In this document: positions 56,624-64,000 of the stretch, in pieces
Position numbering within the stretch: the first letter of the stretch is position 1
Layout: every line of letters starts with the position of its first letter
Source: Candidatus Latescibacterota bacterium
Lineage (GTDB): Bacteria; Latescibacterota; UBA2968
Length of the DNA: 64,000 nucleotides
NCBI GenBank assembly: GCA_965204745.1
Contig: OZ242010.1
Location: 3,904,001 to 3,968,000, forward strand
Direction of reading: 5' to 3'
Notes under the pieces: generated by a model
Told to the model about the DNA's origin: nothing
The model's database searches: none
The model's input: the letters and a program-made list of their open reading frames with translations, nothing else
Program-made: the position numbers and the translations under genes

Positions 56624-57823
56624 ATGCGTTTACGCTTTTGCGCTGTGTTGTGTGTGTTGATGGTCTCGAGCGGGGGGCTGTGGGCCGAATCGCAGGTGTT
56701 CTTTGTGGCAAACGGCCCGATGGCCTCCGATTTTGATGGCGATGGCGCGGTGGCGTTTGCCGATTTTTTGTACTTTGTCAATCATTTTAATCGCAATGCC
56801 GAAAGCGCGGGCTATGATCCGCACACGGATTTGAACGAGGACGGAGTCACGAATTTCAGCGATTTTTTGGCGTTGAGCGCCGCGTATGGTCAAACGCAGG
56901 CCCAGGTTGAACCGAGTGGGGATCGATACATTATTTACGTGGCGGATTCGGATGACAGTTCGGTTATGGCACTGGATTTTGACTCGCATCTCTTGCTCGA
57001 TTACATGCCCTATCGCGGGCCGGGTGGGGTGATGGTGTCTGCGGATCAGCAGGCGATTTACGTGGCCGAGGTGTTCGGGTTTTTCAAGATGGACACGCGG
57101 CATCAGGTGCAGTTTAGCGTGCCGGTTGAATCCCGAGGCAAAGCCGTGCTGAGTCTGGATCAGACGCGGGCTTATGTCTCGGATCAAGTGCGCGACATGG
57201 TGCGCGTGGTGGATGTGGTCAATGGCGTCGCCGTGGATTCCATTTTGGTGGGCAATCGGCCCATTGACCTCGCGCTCTCGCCCGATGGTGCGACCCTGTA
57301 CGTGGTCAATCAAACCGATCAAAACGTGGTGGTGGTCGATCTGGCAATCGCGACAGTGACGCATCGGATCACTATCGGCGCGATTCCGGGGGAGATCGTC
57401 ATTACCGGGAATGGCACGCGGGCTTATGTGACCAATTTGACGCACGGGTTGATCTCTGTTTTAGACCTCGATGCCAATCGCGTGGTGGGCCAGATTCAAC
57501 TCGATCAAGAGGCGTGTTTTGGCGCGGAACTCTCGCCCGATGGCACGGTGATGTACGTGAGCGCGCGGGGCGCGTTGCTCGCGGTTGACGTGCAGCGCAA
57601 TTTGATCGTGCGAACCCTGGCTTTGGGAAATAATTCGACTGTGCTCGGGATTTCGCCCGATGGCTCTCGGGCCTATGTCACGACGCTTGTGCAACAGGCC
57701 GGCGGGCCGGGGCTTACTGTGGTGGATTTGAATGCGTGGGCCATTCTCGGGCGAGTGCGCGGGGTCAGTTTCCCCAGGGAAATCGCGTTCCGCACTGCGC
57801 CGCGAGAGACGGCGTCTCAGTAA
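56624..57823 (+). CDS. Secreted protein with dockerin/EF-hand-like module and YncE/YVTN beta-propeller
   Basis: Signal peptide; DFDGDGAVAFADF..DLNEDGVTNFSDF; SPDG..YV(T)N repeats. Confidence 0.75.
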   Translation: MRLRFCAVLCVLMVSSGGLWAESQVFFVANGPMASDFDGDGAVAFADFLYFVNHFNRNAESAGYDPHTDLNEDGVTNFSDFLALSAAYGQTQAQVEPSGDRYIIYVADSDDSSVMALDFDSHLLLDYMPYRGPGGVMVSADQQAIYVAEVFGFFKMDTRHQVQFSVPVESRGKAVLSLDQTRAYVSDQVRDMVRVVDVVNGVAVDSILVGNRPIDLALSPDGATLYVVNQTDQNVVVVDLAIATVTHRITIGAIPGEIVITGNGTRAYVTNLTHGLISVLDLDANRVVGQIQLDQEACFGAELSPDGTVMYVSARGALLAVDVQRNLIVRTLALGNNSTVLGISPDGSRAYVTTLVQQAGGPGLTVVDLNAWAILGRVRGVSFPREIAFRTAPRETASQ

Positions 57824-57843
57824 AGAAACGCGGCTGAAACGCA

Positions 57844-57882
57844 AATGGGTACTCATCGCCAGTATGAGTGCCCAATTTTTTT
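57844..57882. terminator. Intrinsic terminator
   Basis: TGGGTACTCAT-loop-ATGAGTGCCCA followed by T7, between convergent genes. Confidence 0.75.
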
Positions 57883-57895
57883 GTCGTATCACAAC

Positions 57896-58858
57896 TCAAT
57901 CGTCATCGCGCGGTGGGACGATCAGGCGGAAGAGCACGGGGTGGTGATCCGAGTAGTATTGTGCAAATAGGTTTCCGTTGTACGGATCGCCGGGATAGGG
58001 GCCGGTGTCTCGCCACGCAGGGCGCATGGCGTCGATGAGGTCGATCACCTGAAAGTCAAACGTCTCATCCACCTCGTCCAATTCGGGACGTGCGGCCGGG
58101 CGATACAAGATGTGGTCGTAGGGTTTGTTGCGCGTGGTCGCGGTGTTCGTTTTGTCGCACTGGTCATTTAGGGATACGAATCCCGGCGGTGTGACGGCCT
58201 CGAGTTCGGCCATGTGTTCGATGTTCATATCTCCAACGATGTAGAAATCCCGCTCCCGGGCGTCATTTTGGTCGATCCAATTTGCAATGCCCGAAAGCTC
58301 GGCCTTGCGTTTTTCGGCTGCGCGGGCGCCTGGGTGCAAATGGACATTGACGACGACAAAATCCATTCTGCCATCTGCGGTGCGAAACCCGTGCGCGTGT
58401 GGCACGCGGCGATACACGGGATGGGCCGACCGGTCTTCGGCCAGGAATCCGTGGGGCAAATCATCGGCGAGGGCGAGTTTGGCGGGCTTGTAAAAGACCA
58501 CGGACCACTCGGTGCTCGCGCTCCGCTTGTGGTTGGATTGCCCGCTGCCCGTGTCTTCACACGACAGGGAATAGGCAAAGCCCTGCGCGCTCATGGCATT
58601 GAAAAACGCATCGGCTTCCGCGTCTTCGCGGTAGGGCGTGCCATCGCAGTAGTGGTCGTTGTCAGGCGGCGCGACGAGTTCTTGGACGACGACCATATCG
58701 TATTGCCCGACCAACTCGGCGAGGCTTTGGTTGTCCTTCTTTTTGTACAGGCCGACGAATTTGATGTTGAAAGAACAGACCGTGATCTCGTATTCCTCAA
58801 CCGCCGGTTGGCAGCCCAAGAACAACAGCAAAGCGCAGGGTAGGAGAAATTTTTTCAT
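57896..58858 (-). CDS. DNase I-like endonuclease/exonuclease/phosphatase lipoprotein
   Basis: Lipobox FLGC; SFNIK, VQE, NVHL, GDMN, YDHI, SDHHPV. Confidence 0.8.
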   Translation of the reverse strand: MKKFLLPCALLLFLGCQPAVEEYEITVCSFNIKFVGLYKKKDNQSLAELVGQYDMVVVQELVAPPDNDHYCDGTPYREDAEADAFFNAMSAQGFAYSLSCEDTGSGQSNHKRSASTEWSVVFYKPAKLALADDLPHGFLAEDRSAHPVYRRVPHAHGFRTADGRMDFVVVNVHLHPGARAAEKRKAELSGIANWIDQNDARERDFYIVGDMNIEHMAELEAVTPPGFVSLNDQCDKTNTATTRNKPYDHILYRPAARPELDEVDETFDFQVIDLIDAMRPAWRDTGPYPGDPYNGNLFAQYYSDHHPVLFRLIVPPRDDD

Positions 58859-58864
58859 GATCGT

Positions 58865-59563
58865 TTACCGGGTGGGATCGGCCACAAACAGATCGAGACA
58901 GTCTGCCATAAGGCGGTTGATGCGGTCAAAACGCCGGTGATCGATCAGGATTTCATGGGCGGGTTGGATATAGGGCGCGTTGACGAGTTCATCGTTGCAG
59001 TGATCGATCAGGGCTTGGGCCGCGCTACGCGTTGTTTCCAAGTGAAATTGAAATGCGAGCACGCGAGTGCCTATCGAGAACGCCTGATTTTGACAAGCCC
59101 TGCTCTCGGCGAGGTGCGCTACGCCATCGGGCAGGTCAAACGCGTCGCCGTGCCAGTGAAAAACATCGCCAGCCCGCGCGAGCAGCGACCCGATTGCACC
59201 GTGCGGTTGCACGGCCGCGATGGGAAACCAGCCGATTTCTTTGTGCGCGTTGGGATAGACCCGCGCGCCGAGCACCGCGGCGATGAGTTGCGAACCCAAG
59301 CAGACGCCCAAGACCCGGGTTTCGGAATCCAGTGCGCGTTTCAAAAATTCTTTCTCTCGCACGAGCCACGGGTATTCATCCTCGTCATAGACGCCCATCG
59401 GCCCGCCCATCACCACCAACAAGTCGATCTCATCGGGCGACGGACAAACCTCGCCAGCAAAGAGGCGCGTGCAGGAGACTTGAGCGCGCCGCGCCTTCGC
59501 CCAATCCGCAATGCTGCCGAGCCCCTCAAAGGGCACATGCTGGAGATAGTGCAGTCTCATCAT
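58865..59563 (-). CDS. Class I glutamine amidotransferase-like protein
   Basis: HVPFEG, MGGPM, GVCLGSQ, WHGD, QFHLE. Confidence 0.9.
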   Translation of the reverse strand: MMRLHYLQHVPFEGLGSIADWAKARRAQVSCTRLFAGEVCPSPDEIDLLVVMGGPMGVYDEDEYPWLVREKEFLKRALDSETRVLGVCLGSQLIAAVLGARVYPNAHKEIGWFPIAAVQPHGAIGSLLARAGDVFHWHGDAFDLPDGVAHLAESRACQNQAFSIGTRVLAFQFHLETTRSAAQALIDHCNDELVNAPYIQPAHEILIDHRRFDRINRLMADCLDLFVADPTR

Positions 59564-60003
59564 CGACCTTTCAAGCGACCTGTTTCTTTTGAGGCCATTA
59601 AAACGCATCCATTCAGGCGGGCAACTGACTACTGACTAGGTCGTAATGTGTTGCTTGCTGATTTTAATGCGTTTGGTCCTATAGCCTCGTTGGTTGCCTC
59701 CGATGCCTTCGGCGACCTACTTTTTTTCAACAGCAAAAAAAAGTAGGCAAAAAATGCCGCTCTCAAACGCCGAGAGGCTTGCACAGCGCAAATCGCTTTT
59801 GTAACCGCACGACATGCGTTGGCCTACAAAGTGGGTTGCATAATGGATGTTGGTTGCGAAACGGACTTGCGCGCTGTGCGTGATGGCTTTCGCTGATGGG
59901 CGTTTGCGATGGCATTGTTGCCATGACTTCTCTGAATGACTGCGGAACATCAAGGGATCGCTTGCTGTCAGTATATCGCATCACATTAGGGCAACAGTTA
60001 GTA

Positions 60004-61956
60004 TTACACCACGCGGGCACCTGCCCGTGGTTGTTTTGCATCAGCCGTTTCCACAGCCGCCATGATGCCTTCGATATAGGAATCCGCCACTTCTTCTTTT
60101 TGCTTTTGTTGTTGTTCGTAGAGCAAGCAGTACACTTCGCATTCGGTCAGCAAGTCATCGTGGACGCCCCAGCCGGCCATGCGCCCGTTGTCCAAGACCA
60201 AAATGCGATCCGCGCGCATCGCCGTGGAAATGCGGTGGGTGATCACAAAGGTCGAGCGGCCCTCCATCAAGTGGTCGAGGGTCTGTTGGATTTTGGCTTC
60301 TGTTTTTGCGTCGAGTGCCGAGGTCGTATCGTCCAAAATGAGAATGCTGGGATCGGTGACGACGGCCATTGCAAAGGCGAGGCGTTGTTTTTGCCCGCCG
60401 GACAGGTTGGTGCCGCGTTCTTCCACGCGGGCCTCGTATTTTTCCGGCAAGGTCATGATGAAATCGTGCAACTCTGCGGCTCTGGCCGCGGCCATCACTT
60501 GCTCGGGCGTGGTATTGGGCCGGCCGTAGCGGATGTTCTCGGCTATCGTGCCGGAAAACAACACGGGTTCTTGCGGCACCATGCTGATGTGATTTCGCAG
60601 GGAGGAGATTTTGAGGTCTTGGACGTCGTAATCGTCCAAAATAATTTTGCCTTCTGAAGGTTCGTACAGGCGCATCAGCAAACTGACCAACGTGCTCTTT
60701 CCCGCGCCCGAAGGCCCGACCACGGCGACTGAAGTGCCCGGGCGGACCACAAAATTGAGGCCTCGAATCGCGTAATCGCCCGCCTCGGTGTACCGAAAAG
60801 ACACGTTGCGAAACGCCACGCGCCCGCGCACCGCGTCCAAGGTTTTCGCGTCCGGCTTGTCTTGGATGATCACCTCTTCGTCGAGCACCTCAAACACGCG
60901 GCTGATCACCACCAACATCTGTTGCAACACGGCATTCACATTCGCCAAAGCCACCAAGGGGGAAAACAGATTGCCCATCGACATGTTGAAATAGATCAGA
61001 TCTCCAACCGTCATCGCGCCGTTGCGAACTTGCAACGCGCCAAAGTAAAAGATCAACGCCATCGCCACGCCGCCCACCACCGAACAGGTCGCCCCGAGCG
61101 CGGAACTCAACACGGACTGTTTGACGCCCAAGCGATACAGCGCGATCAGCCGCCTAAAAAAATCCCGAAATTCCCGGCGTTCACGCGCGTAGGACAAGAT
61201 GAGGCGAATCCCTTTTGCGCGCTCTTCCAAAAAGCCGGAGACCTCGGCGTAATCCTCCCGAAACCGGGTAAAAACATTGGCAATGGGACGCTGAAACACC
61301 TTGTAAGTCACCACGTAAGCCGGCAACACCACAAAGGCGAGCAGCGCGAGTTTGACGTCTATCGTGAACAGAATCACCGTCCCCATCAAAATGCGCGCGA
61401 CGTGGCGCGTGGTTTCGACAAAGGTCGTGGTGATTTCGCTTTGCAACAGGCCCACGTCGTCCAAAATGCGCGCCATGATTTTTCCGGTCTGTTGCCGGTC
61501 GAAAAACGTCATTTGCAACTTTTGCACCTTCTCGTGCAGATCCAGACGAATGCGAAAGACGATCCGCTGTCCCACATAAGCGATGCTGTACGTGTAAAAC
61601 CAGTTGATCGTGGCAAAGCACGATCTGACGATTAGATAGAGGACGAAAATCCAGCCGAGCCATTCCAGTTTTTCCGTGCGCGTCTTTGGCTGGACCAACG
61701 CTTTGCCAAACTCGGGAAGCGTCGCGTGGGGGTCTCGCCGCGGGCGCTTGTCCGCCTGAATCGACGCTTGCCTGCGCGCTTCTGAAACGACTTCCTCCGA
61801 CGGCTTGAGTTGCAGGACTTCGTCGACCGTGATTTTGGAAATGAACCCGAGCAAAAACGTATAGGACGACGTGACGGTCGCCATCGCGATGACCATCAGC
61901 ATCCGCCCCCAATACGGCTTGATGTACAAGCGGATAAATCGCTTCAAACTTGCCAT
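60004..61956 (-). CDS. ABC exporter, fused TMD-NBD subunit
   Basis: GPSGAGKS, LSGGQKQR, degenerate Walker B ILDDTT. Confidence 0.9.
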   Translation of the reverse strand: MASLKRFIRLYIKPYWGRMLMVIAMATVTSSYTFLLGFISKITVDEVLQLKPSEEVVSEARRQASIQADKRPRRDPHATLPEFGKALVQPKTRTEKLEWLGWIFVLYLIVRSCFATINWFYTYSIAYVGQRIVFRIRLDLHEKVQKLQMTFFDRQQTGKIMARILDDVGLLQSEITTTFVETTRHVARILMGTVILFTIDVKLALLAFVVLPAYVVTYKVFQRPIANVFTRFREDYAEVSGFLEERAKGIRLILSYARERREFRDFFRRLIALYRLGVKQSVLSSALGATCSVVGGVAMALIFYFGALQVRNGAMTVGDLIYFNMSMGNLFSPLVALANVNAVLQQMLVVISRVFEVLDEEVIIQDKPDAKTLDAVRGRVAFRNVSFRYTEAGDYAIRGLNFVVRPGTSVAVVGPSGAGKSTLVSLLMRLYEPSEGKIILDDYDVQDLKISSLRNHISMVPQEPVLFSGTIAENIRYGRPNTTPEQVMAAARAAELHDFIMTLPEKYEARVEERGTNLSGGQKQRLAFAMAVVTDPSILILDDTTSALDAKTEAKIQQTLDHLMEGRSTFVITHRISTAMRADRILVLDNGRMAGWGVHDDLLTECEVYCLLYEQQQKQKEEVADSYIEGIMAAVETADAKQPRAGARVV

Positions 61957-61959
61957 AAC

Positions 61960-63735
61960 TCATCCCGCCATGGCCTCGACGGCCTCTTCAATAGAACCCG
62001 CGGCCTGCTGTTCGTAGAGTTGGCGATACCTGCCATTGGGCAGTTGCAGCAGTTCTCGATGCGTCCCGGTTTCGATGATTTCGCCGCGATCCATCACCAC
62101 GATGAGGTCCGCATTGACGATAGTGGATAGGCGATGGGCGATGGCAAAGGACGTGCGTTCCTTGAGGACATTGCCCATGGCCTTTTGGATGAGGGCCTCC
62201 GACAGGGAATCGAGCGACGAGGTGGCTTCGTCGAGAATCATAATCGCCGGATCGGTCAGCACGGCGCGGGCAATGGCGAGGCGTTGTTTTTCCCCCACGG
62301 ACAATTTGATGCCGTCATTGCCCAACATCGAGTCGTAGCCTTCGGGCGTTCGCATGATAAATTCGTGGATCTCGGCGATGCGCGCGGCTTCTATCAACTC
62401 GGCATCCGTGGCATCGGCGCGGCCGTAGAGCAGATTTTCCCGAATGGTGCCGTTGAACATCACCGAGTCTTGCAACACCTGCCCGATCTGCGTGCGTAGG
62501 GTGCGTAATTTCACGTCTCGCAAATCGCGCCCATCGATGGTAATGCGCCCATCGGTCACGTCGAAAAAGCGCATCAACAAACTCGTCATCGTGGTCTTCC
62601 CGCAACCGGTGTGCCCGACGAGTGCGACCATCTGCCCCGGCAACACTTCCAGGTCGATCCCCTTGAGGACAGGCTCGCCTTTTTTGTATTCAAAATGCAC
62701 GTTTTCAAACCTGACGTGCCCCGCAATCGGCGGCAATTCAACGGCGTCTTCGCGGTCTTTGATGTCGATGGGAAATTCCAAAATCTCCAAGACGCGCTCC
62801 ACCGACACCATCACGGCTTGCAGGCGCATGGCGATTTGCGTGAGGTTGAGAATGGGCTGAAACATGCGGCTCGAGTACGAAAAAAACGCCATCACGGCGC
62901 CATAAGTCATTTCGCCTTCGATGACGTAATAACAGCCCAAGCAAAAGATCACCGTGTTGCGAAAGCCGGACACGCCCCAGGTGCCCGCGTAATAGCCCGC
63001 GCGGTGCGACGCGGACAGCATCGCGGCGTCCAAACTTTCGTGCGTGTCTTCTGCAAATGCGCGGTGTTCTCTGCGCTCCCGGCCATAAGATTTGACGAGT
63101 TGTACGCCGGACAACCGCTCTTGCAACCCCACCGAGACCTGATCCATTTTTCTGCGCCACAGGCTGATCGACTCTCGGATGGGCGCGCGCCACCCGTGAT
63201 AATTGAGAAAGTACAGGGGCAACAACATGAGCAACAAGCAACCCATTTTCCAATTCAGGCCCATACACAGGCCGAGCGCGACCCAGAACGATATAAAGTC
63301 GACGATGATGCCCAGCATGCGCGACGTCACCATGCTGCGAACATTTGCCACATCGGCCATCACGCGCGACATGATTTTGCCCGTGCCCATCTCGTCGTAA
63401 AATCGCATGGGCAATTTCAACATGTGTTCATAGACGAACTTCCGCATGTGCGTGGTGATGCCCCAACCCACGTACGCGTTGACAAAGGAAATGGCAATCC
63501 GCATCGTAGCAGACGCGATGGGCAGGCAAATCGAAATGACCAAGAGCACTTCCAGCACGCGCCAGTTGCCATCGACAATGATGTCGTCGATGATGTATTT
63601 CATCACCAACGGAGGCATCATGCCCAAGGTGGTCATCGTCGCGGTGAGGCCCAACAGCAGGATCAGCCGGGATTTGTACGGCCTGACAAAATGCGCGAGT
63701 TTCCGCAACTTGTCCATATTGCTCTCATCTGCCAT
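61960..63735 (-). CDS. ABC exporter, fused TMD-NBD subunit
   Basis: GHTGCGKT, degenerate signature LSVGEKQR, ILDEATS; pattern fits an asymmetric heterodimer. Confidence 0.9.
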   Translation of the reverse strand: MADESNMDKLRKLAHFVRPYKSRLILLLGLTATMTTLGMMPPLVMKYIIDDIIVDGNWRVLEVLLVISICLPIASATMRIAISFVNAYVGWGITTHMRKFVYEHMLKLPMRFYDEMGTGKIMSRVMADVANVRSMVTSRMLGIIVDFISFWVALGLCMGLNWKMGCLLLMLLPLYFLNYHGWRAPIRESISLWRRKMDQVSVGLQERLSGVQLVKSYGRERREHRAFAEDTHESLDAAMLSASHRAGYYAGTWGVSGFRNTVIFCLGCYYVIEGEMTYGAVMAFFSYSSRMFQPILNLTQIAMRLQAVMVSVERVLEILEFPIDIKDREDAVELPPIAGHVRFENVHFEYKKGEPVLKGIDLEVLPGQMVALVGHTGCGKTTMTSLLMRFFDVTDGRITIDGRDLRDVKLRTLRTQIGQVLQDSVMFNGTIRENLLYGRADATDAELIEAARIAEIHEFIMRTPEGYDSMLGNDGIKLSVGEKQRLAIARAVLTDPAIMILDEATSSLDSLSEALIQKAMGNVLKERTSFAIAHRLSTIVNADLIVVMDRGEIIETGTHRELLQLPNGRYRQLYEQQAAGSIEEAVEAMAG

Positions 63736-63761
63736 AGTGCCCTCATTGCGATGATAGGCCC

Positions 63762-64000
63762 CTATGCGACGGGCAGGATGTCGGTGAATTGGTATTCTTC
63801 CACGAGTTCGCCCACCGAGGCGTCATAATGGTCTTCGTCCCATTGCTCGAGGGTAAGGGTGCGTTTTTCCGACTCGTCGATGTACTGCCAGACGATAAAT
63901 TCCCGTCCCGATTGATCGCCATTTTGGTGATACCGCCCAACGGCTGATGACTCGCCGTAATACACAATGCCGTCGCAGGTGACTTCATCCGGGGGATCGT
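63762..64000 (-). CDS. 3' end of a DUF4178-like protein (partial)
   Basis: EFIVWQYIDESEKRTLTLEQW..ASVG..ILP; runs off the window. Confidence 0.5.
   Translation of the reverse strand, partial: DPPDEVTCDGIVYYGESSAVGRYHQNGDQSGREFIVWQYIDESEKRTLTLEQWDEDHYDASVGELVEEYQFTDILPVA

Noticed and set aside
2369-63828. Long antisense or alternate-frame ORFs (e.g. 2369..3451, 27528..28697, 38751..39791, 44685..45983, 62611..63828)
   Set aside because: Shadows of real genes, expected from high-GC codon bias; no recognisable motifs.

Overview
A 64 kb piece of a GC-rich bacterial chromosome. The gene content suggests a Latescibacterota/Gemmatimonadota-like or sponge-symbiont-type organism; this is inference only. 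Contents in order: sugar-acid/amino-acid catabolic genes (0.5-6 kb), an MNT-HEPN toxin-antitoxin pair, a ~16 kb Wzx/Wzy-type glycan cluster on the minus strand (9.4-25.7 kb, including a Wzy-like/GT4 fusion, a sulfotransferase, a methyltransferase and AsnB), a sulfatase, mnmG-smpB-dnaC-like, sucD, ogt, sucA-sucB-lpdA, an inactivated IS982-family element, galK, an S1-domain/ArfB-like pair, ybdK/M20 and a heterodimeric ABC exporter. No rRNA, tRNA, CRISPR, integrase or reverse transcriptase was recognised. The most unusual signal is intergenic. A modular repeat grammar of two 7-mer families (A = ACTGACH; B = TCTCACC/TCTTACC/TCTCCCG) joined by a G-rich linker (GGTTGGGCRRGG) recurs at more than 10 sites. 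It is oriented relative to transcription and is physically mixed with GTAG-type REPs. In addition, three accessory membrane-protein genes each sit between long direct duplications of their flanks, like cassettes. All product names come from motif recognition by eye, not from database searches.
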